From Guillardia theta CCMP2712 (lineage: Eukaryota > Protista > Cryptophyta), in the NCBI RefSeq assembly GCF_000315625.1, contig NW_005434589.1:199330-263329 (forward strand): a stretch of 64,000 bases of DNA, written 5' to 3'. The notes below the pieces were generated by a model. It had not been told where the DNA came from and did not search any database. It saw only the letters and a list, made by a program, of their open reading frames with translations. Positions 11,030 to 22,426 of this stretch are shown here, piece after piece (position 1 is the first letter of the stretch; each line of letters opens with the position of its first letter). A program made the translations under genes and the position numbers.

Positions 11030-12667
11030 GAGTCAGGCGTCCAAGGGCGATGATAGAGAGACTGAGATAGGGCATCAGCCTGAAGGAGGTGCTGTGAGAA
11101 GATCGAGGGAGAGAGGGGAGGAGCGCAAGCCCCATTTCTGAATGACTGGACCCTGTCGTGCAGACTTTCCATGCTGAAGAGCAAAAAGACCCATGAGGTC
11201 GACATGCAGGAAAAGCTCGAAAGCCTTGAGAGGTGGGAGCTACTGATAGGAGCTGTGGAGACGCTTGACGGCGATCATCTGCAGGAAGGTGGATGACATT
11301 GCAAGCAAGCATCTGCTGATGATGGATATGATGCAAGAGGTGCAGTCTTGTTGTTCAAACTGACACAATACATGATGCAATGATTCTCAGATGATGAAGG
11401 TGATAGAAAGAATAGATAGAGACACGAAGAGCATGATGAAGCAGGTGGGTTTTGTTGCATCGGCCTCCCTGGGCCTGCAGCTCTTACATCTTGGCATCAT
11501 CTCAGTCCGCGGAGGCCTCGGAATTGAAGTCAGAAAGAGACTCCTTGCTGCATCGAGTGTCAGAGCTCGACGGTAAGAGTGTTGCGGTTTGACACGCTCG
11601 TCAAGTGCCAAGCAGAGGAGCTGCAGCTGGTCAAAGACATGCGAGAGCTAAAAAGAAGGGACGAGGTCTTGGCTACGGTGATAAATCGGCTCAGGGGAAG
11701 GTCGGAGGGTCAGACTGACGTTGGCGCAGGTCGACGAAGACCCTGCCAAGTCTCCTGCCGACACCAAGGATGCGGAGATAAGCATGCGAGATATGAGAGC
11801 GACATTGCTGCAGGCACATGCCTCGTGGACTTGAGCTGCGATGTTAAGCATGTGTAGGTCAAGCGAGAGAACGTCGCTAAGACGACTCAAGTGAAAGCTC
11901 TCGAGATGCTGCTGGCGGTGACGGAGCCTTGTTGACAAGCTCAGCGTGCTTGCTGATATGACGAGCAGGCAAAGTTGAGGGACGAGATCGTTGCTGCTGA
12001 CCGGTCGGAGGCGACTGCTTTTGCTCTGTCCCCTTCCATTCCATTCGCCTTTTTGAGCTTGAACGACTCGCACGAAAGGGGGAAAGAGAATTTATCCGCT
12101 GCTTCCTCTTCCGAGAACTTCGCATGGAAGATGTAAAGGACTTGTCTGTCTGGGAGGATAGGAACCTTACGACACAATGCAGCCCAGCAAATCCCTTCCC
12201 TTCACACCAGGCCAACGCCATGCTACAGGACGGGCTGAGTCATATGCGACAGTCAGCTTCTAGCCTCTTCTCCACCATCCCGCTGCTCAACACTGCAGGC
12301 GAGTCGTAAAGTCACCAGCCCACCCGCTCACTGGTTGCATTTAGGAGCAGAGCATGCAGAAAAGACCCAGGTGCAACAAGCTGCCCAGCAGGCAGAGGAG
12401 CAAGACGACCAGTCTCCGTCCAAGAAGACGATGCGTGAGATTCGATGAATTTTCTTCTCGGTGTAAGACTTAAAGGCAAATCTACAGAGGATAGGAAAGT
12501 TCGGTTTGAAAGCAGCGCCCAAGAACAAGGTCTGATCTGCCGCCTTCGTATTTGTCTCCTGAAGCAACGAGCAAGCAACAGGTTCAAATTCAGCGGAGGA
12601 GGAGAGCGCTAAGGCTGTGGAGGAGGCGCTTGCGCCTAAGGCGTCGCTTCCTTCTGTGGAAGTTTGA
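11030..12667 (+). CDS. Hypothetical coiled-coil protein, many short exons
   Basis: Charged exons such as MMKVIERIDRDTKSMMKQ, ELQLVKDMRELKRRDE and AKAVEEALAPKASLPSVEV*, bounded by GT/AG. The start was not resolved. Confidence 0.45.
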
Positions 12668-12727
12668 CATGACAGCCCATTTCAAGCCGACCAGGAGGCA
12701 AGCGAGCGGGGGAACAAGCGGGCTGCG

Positions 12728-15408
12728 CTAGTAAGGATTGTAGGCTGATGCATACTTCCTGCTGCCCTCGGCAGTATCGTAAAGTCCAGGAGGCGCCTGC
12801 ATGTGCTACAGAAACTCTAAGCAACGAGACTGAACGATGGGGGAGGGAGGAATGGGTTCACCAGAGGAGAGGGGAGAAGCAAGTGAACTCACCCCCTCGC
12901 CCGGGTATGGCTGACGAGCATCAAAGCTCCCGCCAGGAAGAGGCTGTGCATATCCCCCGTAAGGATCGGGGGGACTGAAACCTCTGCCGGGTATATTGTC
13001 GTCTACTCGCGGTTTACGAGGAGGCGATCGGTACTTGCCGTTAAGAATCGCAAGATCCCGCAGCTGGAGGGCAAACAGTGAGAAGAGGCTGAGCAAGAGG
13101 AGAGCCAAGAGGCGATCACGAGGACGCACCTGCTGCTGCTTGATCTTGTCGCTTCCTTCCGATGACGGAGGGATCATAACCTGCCCTACATCAGCCTCGG
13201 AAGAGGAGCACAAACGCTGTTTACCTCCTTCAAGATGTTCTCCGCATGGCGCAGAGTTCGATCTTTCGCCCACGACGGCCCCTTGACAGGCGGCCGTCAG
13301 CTCAAATGGAGAGGTTGAAACCATACACACCTCGTACTCGACAACAACATGCTGGGTAACCGAGTACAGACGAAGACAAGGTGTCAAGTCCTTCTCCACA
13401 TGATGTTCCATGGCTCACCAGGGGCTCACTGAGATGCTGGTAGTTCGCCTGTCGCATCAGCGAAGCTTCTGTCTGCCCGGGCTGCCCGCTGGTCATTCTC
13501 CGCCTCCAGCTCCTCCTGAGCTTCACCTTCAGCTTGATAGAGCCGCGCCCTCGGATGGTCATCTTGCACCCGCTGCTCGCCTGTTCCTCCAGTCAGACAG
13601 TTGTGCTCTTCTCCTCGTCCAACCCTCGTCCATCCCCAGCCCCTCCGGCCACCTCCTCTCCACCTTAATCACTCTGACCTGTAACTCTACAAAAGTGCTT
13701 CCACGCGGTCCCAGCAGACGGCCAACAAAGTTGAATCCTGAAGGAGGCTGAGTGACCCTCTCCCCTCGCCCTCATTCAAGACCAGGATATCGATCGACGG
13801 GAACAAAGATCTTTATCATGGTCTGCATGCACGCAACAGTCATCTTCGGAGGAGCCCAGGAAAAATCGCAACCTTGCAGTTTCCGTCTGACTTCTCTAGG
13901 TGATCGACGAGGACCGTATCAATCCCGTCAGACGACGAAGGCTTCCAGTCTGCCACCATCAACAAGTCAACACCACTCCCTCGCTGACGATGAGAAGTCC
14001 TAAGTAGAGAGGGGGAATGAAGACGAGGATTCCTTACCACTTGAGCGCTGATCTTTGCCTTGCATGCCGGTGTATCTGGTGAAAGGTTCACAATCAAGTC
14101 CGTCTCCTTCACACACTTCACATATTTTGGTAGGACTGCTCTGGGGTCATTCCCCGGTTACTCCTGCAGTATAGCTCCAAGTCAACAATGACACTCAAAC
14201 CATCCATCCGAGCTTCAAAGCACGAGGATCGAGAGGACCGTACAGCACCTGGTCTCTTCCAGCATAAAAGGCTGGGGAAAAGAAGAGATTATTGAGCATT
14301 CAACACGGTGACATTTCACAGACCCCTCTTGAAGGTCGCATGGCCCCTGGATCCTCCCTCATAACCTTCAGTGCCTGTGTCAGTCACCGGGCCCGGAAAG
14401 GGAACACCCGGCAGATCACCGGCGGTGCCATCTCCTGGTTCCGAAGGAACTCGATCTCTCGCTGCCAGCACTCTAGGATCAGGGAACGAGATGCATCGCT
14501 CGCAGGAGAGCGGTGCTGACCTGTAACAGGAAGGCACAGTTTGGAAGCATCGACTGCAAGGGTACCATCTTCATCTGCTCGCATGAGTGACCTGCAGGGC
14601 TCTCCCCTCCATCTCTAACCTGCTCGTCCAGCAGGTCCTTCAGGTTGCCCGTATAAACGAACCCTTGTCGTCGGTTATCGAACATTGCCGCAGGCTCAGG
14701 GTACTGGCAGAGGCAGGAGGTCAACCAAGAACCTGTCGGCGGCAAACGGCTTACAGGATCCACCCTTCTTCGCTTCCCAAAGTTCCCATAGCCCTGCGGC
14801 GAAAGCTTCATCCCACAGAGACGGTCGGTGCCCGACGTACCCGGAAGCCGTCGTCGGCAAACTGATACTCATTCATGTCATCAAAATAACCCTGCCAGCT
14901 CATATCAATCCATCGCTGCGGAGGACTGCGCCGAGAGCGCTCTGAACCTGGTGGTAGTTGTTCAACGGATGCCCATCGGACATCAAGATGGAGGAAGGTT
15001 TATCGACAGGCACTGTGCAGAAGATGTCAACACGACTACCTGAACCTCATCTGGTCCGTGAATCCCAACAGAGCGAGGCGATACATCCCATCTCCCCAGG
15101 TACGGGAGCGGCTAAGATCAGGGATGATCCGCAGGTGCTAGAGCACAGCAACAGCCGTTTCTCTACCAGCCTAAATACGACAAGCTTCTTCCTTGCAACT
15201 CGTAAGAGGTTTCAAGCCACCAGTATCATGGCAACTCCACACAAGAGGAACACTCTGAGACGTCAGCTACATTGGTAGAGAACCAGGAGATGACACAGAT
15301 CAAACAGTACTTCCACACAGAATACAGATCAAACAGCACATACGCACAGAAAACAACATCTTGACCATTCTCTTCCCCCTCGTCTCTCGTCTCCTCGTTC
15401 GTCGCCAT
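12728..15408 (-). CDS. Hypothetical multi-exon protein
   Basis: ATG at 15408 (MATNEETRDEGEENGQDVVFC), internal exons (MFDNRRQGFVYTGNLKDLLDEQ, WQREIEFLRNQE), last exon APPGLYDTAEGSRKYASAYNPY*. No family recognised. Confidence 0.5.
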
Positions 15409-16564
15409 GACGACCTCCCCTCGTCCTCGCTCAAAACCCCATCCACCATCGCTCGTCTTGAGGGGGTTATCACTCTACAGGTTCCTAGGACCCTGATACA
15501 ATACTTGAAGTGTTGGGGGATGAGGGGGGATACGTCTGTGGTCACTAGTGGTGATGAGGGCTTCAATCCCCGGCTAGTCCAGTCCCGAACGCGACGGGCC
15601 CAACTGCCGGGCAAGAGGGGGGTATAATTAAATTAGTTAAGTTACCACCCTTGTGGTACAATCTACCCCCACCCCCCAATATTTCCTAATTTAATAGTTT
15701 ACTCTATATTTTATTTACCAACAATTATTTACCTCAGTACCATTGCAATTACCCACCCCACCCCCCTGATTGTTTACTCAATTTTTTTTTTACCCGCGTG
15801 CAGGCGCCCCACGAGCCACCCCCGCAATGTCGGATCCCCACTGACTTCCGCATGCGATGCGCTGTGTATGCTGCAAGCTTGGAAGCATTCTACCTGCTTC
15901 TCGATGAGATATTCCTGTCCCTTGACTCTTTGTAGCTTCTTTGGGTCTCTTTCTGTGTGCTGCAGTGCAAGTTTGCCTTGGAATCAGCTTCAGGCACTAC
16001 GCAGATGATTTCTCAGCAAGGACAAGTTTTCGCGCTCACATGCATCGAAACACTATCACAAGAGATCTTTTCAGATGTTTCCTGATGATATAGTTTTCTC
16101 TGTGTGATGAAAAGTATCGTTTTTGTATGTCTCGTTTTGCCACATGTGAAATCTGACGCCTCTCGTACAATCCACATGCCTCGTCATTTCCTTATGCCTC
16201 ATATGAAATTTTCTATGAGCGCACAGCTTGATGAGCTATCAGGAGGACGAAAGCTCTGTTTGTAAAGAGTCAAGTAGCGTATCTCATGTACAATGTAACA
16301 TGCTGAATGTAACATGTTGGAATGTTCTCTTTCGAAGCGTCAAAATCGCAAACAGGGCACAATGATCCTGTCACAATTTCATATTGAGGAAAAGGGAACT
16401 CAATAGATTTCTATTCATGTTTGCGTGTGTCTTTAGGTCAATGTTTCATCCCTGGAATCTAACCATCATTATGTCTGTTCGAGTGCTTTGTGCTTTTCGC
16501 TTACCGAACCACCGTTTCAATCTGACTTTTCATGGTTGGTTGACTGACTGTTGGCTTCTTCAGA

Positions 16565-17352
16565 ATGTTCACAGCGAGAAAGAAAATTGTCAAAGAGGGC
16601 GATGCGCAGCCTGACTCCTTCGAGGAGCAGGTTGCGCAGGCAATTTTCGACCTTCAGGTCCAGACCGACATGAAGAGCGACTTGCAGGACCTCTTCATCA
16701 CCTCCGCCAAGGAGGTCGAGGTCTCTAACGGACGCAAGGCCATCATCATCCATGGTACTTTTGGATATCCTTGCTGTCTGTGGGAACTTGACGCTGCCGT
16801 TCAGTGCCCTTCCGTCTCTTGAAGAGCTTCCACAGGATCCAGCAGCGTCTCATCCGCGAGCTCGAGAAGAAGTTCTCTGGCAAGCATGTGACCGTTATTG
16901 CCCAACGCCGTATTCTTCCTCGTGAGGTGATGAGATGAAGGATTCCTAATTGTCCTTGTCCACTGATTGCTATCCCGCAGGGCCGCAAGAACCGCACCCA
17001 GAAGCAGAAGCGCCCCTTCAGCCGCACCCTCACCTCTGTGCATGAGGTATTTCCTCACTTTCCTGGACGTGGTTTCTGATACGAGTCGCCTTTCAGTGCA
17101 CCCTTGAGGATCTTGTTTACCCTACTGAGATTGTAGGAAAGCGCACCCGTGTTCGCATGGACGGATCTAAGCTTCTCAAGGTTTGTAAATGCCACTGGTT
17201 TGGTCATGTTCGCTAATGGTCTTTTTCAGGTGTACTTGGACCCTAAGGATAAGAACAATGTCGAGCACAAACTAGAGACTTTCGAGAAGGTTTACAAGAA
17301 GCTCACTGGAAGAGATGCTGTATTCGAGTTTCCTGTGAATTCTTCAGAGTAA
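16565..17352 (+). CDS. RPS7: 40S ribosomal protein S7 (eS7), 5 exons
   Basis: [10 protein letters not shown]…GRKAIIIH|[39 protein letters not shown]…RTLTSVHE…[16 protein letters not shown]…[21 protein letters not shown]. Confidence 0.98.
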
Positions 17353-17494
17353 GCATGCAATATAATTAAAGTTTTCAAGTCGGGGGAAAAAAGGACAAAA
17401 AATCGGAGCTATTGTGATATTGTTTGTTCGTTTTGGCTTGTTCTGAAATACATCATTGCTTGTCAACGTGTTATTCTTTTCTGAAACTAGAAAC

Positions 17495-17840
17495 CCGGCG
17501 TCTACAACAGCCACGTTTCCTGAAGCCTAGGCTGTGACTCCGGCGTGGCCGAGTCATCGGACTCTCGATGATGATGCCACGACGGTGAGATGACGCCCGC
17601 CGGGCAGTGGTCCGATCCGACCGGGTATACTTTGCCTAGTACTGCGGCGGCCTCTCGGACGCCGGGCCGCGGCTTGACTCTGTGACGGCGGCCCGGGCCA
17701 CGGTATACTACGGCGGACCTCATACCGGGTTACTGGTACCGTACTGAGTGCGGGCCGGGCCGCGCCGCGGCCCGGCTCAACTTGACTTGAGGCTCCGAAG
17801 GCTCAGCTGTCAGTGACTGAGTCGGGACGGTCCGATCAGT
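17495..17840. other. GC-rich intergenic island (CCGG/GAGTC vocabulary)
   Basis: gactccggcg, ccgagtc, tccgatccgaccgg, ggtaccgtactgagt and gtgactgagtc, between the RPS7 3' end and the PP2A-A upstream region. Confidence 0.75.
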
Positions 17841-18029
17841 TATATATTATATGTGTGTGTGTGTATGACTGATAGTTGTATTTTATATACGAGGATTCAG
17901 ATATATTTTAGATTTTAAAGTTTGTACCAAGCCTGTCTACAGCCCTCCTCAATCCTGGCCCTCAGATTCAAAAGTTGAAAATGAAGTCTTTAAGTTGAAC
18001 AGAAATCATGATATTTGAAATTATAAGCA

Positions 18030-18825
18030 GGAAAACAACCAACCCTGATCAACTGCACCCCACCCTGCATGAGAGAGGGGCAACCCTGAGCAGGATTCCC
18101 TGCCACTGCAGATAAAGATATCCCCTATTCAAGGTGCTCATTTTTATAATTGAAGTGAAGGTTCTGATCGTTATCCCCCATGAGTTGCATGCCAACCCCC
18201 TCCACCTCCTCCCTGTACTTGCCTGCCATACCCTTCAAACAAAGGTTTGTTTCCCGAAGTACCCTACTATCCAGTACCCTCTCTCAGTCGAGTACCCTAC
18301 CCACTCATGTTCACTTCGTTCAAGGCTGGGCCCCCCACCGCTTACTACTCACTTGTTTCAATAAGTGATTCTCAATAGAAAACACTCTATGACAATACTG
18401 ACAGAGTTTGAAAAGCACCCTACCCTTCTGTATAGATGCATACCAACCCCCCAAATTGAAAACTACCCCACCCATCTAAATTCAAAATCAACACCGCATT
18501 TCAAAGGACCCACCCTGGTATCCTCGAGGAAATAACTAGGCACAACCGGTGCTTCAACACCCCTCCACCCCTCCACCCCCTCAGGACTTCCTCTTTCATC
18601 AATATAACCCCTCCCTTCAATTACCCCTCCAGTCACGGCACCGCAATCCAATACCCACTGTTGACGAACTCCACCGGGTCATCTCTGTACCCTACCATAG
18701 GTGCTGTGGTATTTGACCCGGTCTGATTCCACACTTCTTATCGGTGTAGACCCACCGGTTATCACCCCCACCTCTACATTTTGTACCCCTACCTCGGTAA
18801 TTAGGTACCCACCCCCCTTTACTGC
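18030..18825. other. ACCC/TACCCC-rich intergenic tract
   Basis: Non-periodic but very dense taccc, caccc and acccc motifs on the + strand, with no credible ORF. Confidence 0.6.
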
Positions 18826-19595
18826 GCAGCCTGCCGCTCTCGCCGCGCCATGCGCTCTTTCCCGTTCAACCGCGTCTCCTCGCTGAGTTGCCTCATTTGA
18901 GCATGCATTTATCTGCATGCTTCGTTCTTAGCCTATCCTCAAATTTCTCAGAAGTTAGCGGACTAAACGCATGCCATCTCTCCCTGCATCTGCTCGAAAA
19001 CATTGGCTTATGGTTATCACAGACAGGAAATTTAGCGTTCTCTTGGATGTACGTGTAGATCAGAATGGTCTCGGTTGTTCTGTATCGTTTTGGTCTTATT
19101 TGAGATATTCTTGGTGGACATTCTGTGACATCGTCTGTTTCTGTGTGTTCATGGAATTGAACCCCGGGGTGTTACAGAAACAGTTCTTGCCCGTACCAAT
19201 GCCTGTCATCTCCTTCCTGAATTTTGTGTTTGTAGACGTGACCCCGAACATGATATGTGATGATGTGTATTTCAATGCCTTTTCATTCTGTTCTTTTGGT
19301 GTCTACAACCATTACCGTCACAGATCTTTTTGTCTTTCAGTCTTGAGTGGCAAGATCTCTTGTTGCTGCGACCTAGACCACAATTTCTGTTGTAGCTTAG
19401 GAATACTGACTAGGTTTGATCCGAGCATTCGATTGAATGCTTATTTTCCCTGATCATGCATGAAAGATAATTGAACTGGCTGTTACAGGGTACCTTCGGG
19501 CTCTATCTACAAGTCTCAGACGGTATGTGAAGTAGTTTAAGTCGTCTAGTCTCTAATCCAGCACGCAGAGTCACTGCATATAACCTTCCGGCAGC

Positions 19596-21963
19596 ATGGC
19601 GGGAGGGGTGGATGCTTTTGCGCTGCTGGTTGAGGAACTCAAGAGCGAAGATGTCATTGATCAAGTCAACGCTGCGAAAAGAGTCAACACTATTGCTCTG
19701 GCCATGGGACCGGATCGTGCAAGAAGCCAGTTGTTACCATTCCTCAGGCAGTGTGTTGATGATTACACCGACGAGATTCTGCTTGCTATTGCGGAATCTG
19801 CTGGAACTTTGGTGGCTGCTCTCGGAGGAAACGAGTATGCCCACACGCTGATACCTTTGCTGGAATCACTTGCAGAGAAGGAAGAGACGATTGTTCGTCA
19901 AAAGGCGGTTGAGTCTCTGGTGTTGATTGGCAAATCTATGCCAGCACAGAATATTCAGAACGAATTCAAGGAATTGATGAAGCGCCTGTCATCTGGTGAC
20001 TTCTTTCCCTCGAGAATTTCTTCCACTGGCTTGTTTGCAACTTTGTATCCTTCGACTCCTGCAGCTATGCGACCTGCCCTCAGGAAGCAGTATGAAGCAT
20101 TGGCCAAGGATGAGATGCCAATGGTTCGAAGCGCAGCATTCCAGCACATGCCGAAATTTGTTGCTGTCCTTGAGAAAGATGTCATTATTTCAGAATAGCT
20201 CCCTTGTTCAACGAACTGTCAAATGACATGCAAGAATCTGTCCGAGAAATTGCTATGGAAAACATGGTTGAAATAGTGAAATTTCTTTCTCCAGAAGAGG
20301 CTTCCCGGCTCTTTGGACAATTCTTCGACAATGTCCAAAATGAGAAGTGTAGCCTCATGAGGGTAAACAAAGCGAAACACTTTGTACAGCTTGTGTCAGC
20401 TATGCATCCAAACAGGCCTATCCGTGATCAAGTTCCTGCTTTCATTCATCTTCTTGCATCAGATCCAGAGTTTGAAGTAAGGAACGCAGCAGCAAGCAAC
20501 ATTGGAACATTTTGTGAAAAATTGGACAGTGCAACTGTTCTGAACCAAATTTTGCCCGTTTTGAAAGACTTGTCACAGCCCGATGATCAGCCTGTTGTAC
20601 AAGGCTCTACTTCACCTACTCAGCAGGTTTGCATGACGCAGTATTCTAGCTGCTTGCTCGCATTGAACAGTGTTTTTCAGGTTCGGGAGCACATTGCAGA
20701 GAACGCCTGCTCGATTTCGTCTGTGATTGGACGGGATCCAACAATATCGACTTTGTTGCCTTTGTTGAAATTGTTTCTGGGAGACGAACAAATTGAGATC
20801 AAAAGAAAGGTATGCAGGACTTGCTGTGAATCATTTTGATGTCTCTGATATGCATCTTCATTCAGGTGCTCCGCACTGTCGCACCACTTGTTGAAACGCT
20901 AGGAGCTGATGCTTGTGACCAACACTTTATTCCTGAAGTTCTTAAGATGGCTCAGGACGTTCAGTGGCGCGTTCGCCTTGCAGGTGCAGTAATGTAATGC
21001 AGCTGATTCAGAGCTAATCATGAGACATCCAGTCGTTGAAACATTACCTGTCTACGCAAAGCATCTTGGCATGGAACTATTCAACACACGGTTCAAGGAT
21101 ATTCAGGTGAACTTGTACCGGCAGTTGATCTTCAGTATCTGAGTTCAGAGACAGACACGCGCACTGTCCGACTCATTTGCATACGTTCGCGAGAGGGCTA
21201 TCAAGAATTTAGGTGTTATCAATCTATGACTCAGATGGCCTTATGTTGACCTTCGGTGTAGAGGACCTTTGCTCATGTTTCGGAGACTCCTGGATACAGG
21301 AGGAGGTATAAGTTTTTATATTTTATAATGATTGGATTTTGAGCATGATTCTATCAAAAGATGCTTCCTTCAATCGAAGAAGCCTCAAAGGGATCAGGAC
21401 CAGCTTCGTATATTGGAAGGATCACGGTATGCCTCAAATTATTCTTGCGGTCCTCGAACTAATCTGCAAGCAGTCCCTGCACGCCGTTGGTCAGCTAGCT
21501 GGGGTGATTCCAAGCTCTACACTTACAGATAGACTTATTCAGCAGGTATCAAGCACGGGGAAGCGGATGACGGTTGCTGAACTTTCTTTAGATCGCGATC
21601 CCGCTCGCCAGAGATAAGGTCACCAATGTAAGAATTGCTGCGGCTGATGCACTCAAGAAAGTAAGTAATATCGCTCGCGGTGATTTCTGAGGGTTGGAAT
21701 GATTTTATTCTTTTGCTGTCCTGGTGATTTCTTATATTCATCACTAATTTCATTTTTTTTCTATGTTTCGCTTTGTGACTTGATGTTCAGTGTGCGGAGA
21801 AGTTGACCGGGGAAAATCCAGCTTTCGTTCGAGACAGCATTCGACCGGTGCGGATTCGTATTTCTTTAAAGAAGCACAACTAAATGTTTGACAGGTGCTG
21901 GTTGATCTTTCGCAGGATTCCGACGTCGATGTTAAATATTTGGCGCAATCAGCCTTGGCGTGA
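19596..21963 (+). CDS. PPP2R1A: Protein phosphatase 2A scaffold (A/PR65) subunit, with an apparent 1-nt frameshift at ~20195
   Basis: HEAT repeats LLVEELKSED, IALAMGPDRARSQLLPFL, EETIVRQKAVESL, MPMVRSAA, DVQWRVRLA, DKVTNVRI and DSDVDVKY. Several introns in the 3' half. Confidence 0.93.
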
Positions 21964-22074
21964 GCTGATCTTCTCGACCATTTTTTTCAAAACTGGGATA
22001 ATGAAAGTTTCTTTCTAATGAAAGAAAGTCTAGTTTCATCTGCTACTCTTTTATCTTGTCACTTTCTCCTATCG

Positions 22075-22180
22075 CACTCCCAGTCACTCGGTCGGAACTT
22101 CAACCGAACTCACTCAGTGAGCGGCCCGGCACTGGCACCGGGTAGCGGGCCCGGGCCCAAGGACTCAGCCGTGGTGATGC
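22075..22180. other. Short GC-rich intergenic island
   Basis: cagtcactcggtcgg, actcagtgagcggcccggc, cgggcccgggccc and gactcagccg. Confidence 0.6.
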
Positions 22181-22426
22181 CTCATTTCGTTACAGAACCG
22201 TTACCTGTTTGTCAAAGTTTCATGGCTGTTCGACAAAGAGCGGTGAAGTCATAGCGAGATGGCGAGCAAGGCTGTGAGGAAGAAGGGAGGAGACGAGAAC
22301 ACAAGGGGGAGAGATGAAGAGAGCGAGGAGCAGGAGAGAAGGAGACGGCGAGAGATGGAGCTACGACAAGACGTCGAGTGATACTTCTGCCTGTTCCGAA
22401 CTCTATCTGGATAATCTGAGCATGCC

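Noticed and set aside
16226-16256. Hammerhead-like TGATGAG…CGAAA
   Set aside because: The core reads UUGAUGA rather than CUGAUGA, and stem II does not pair.
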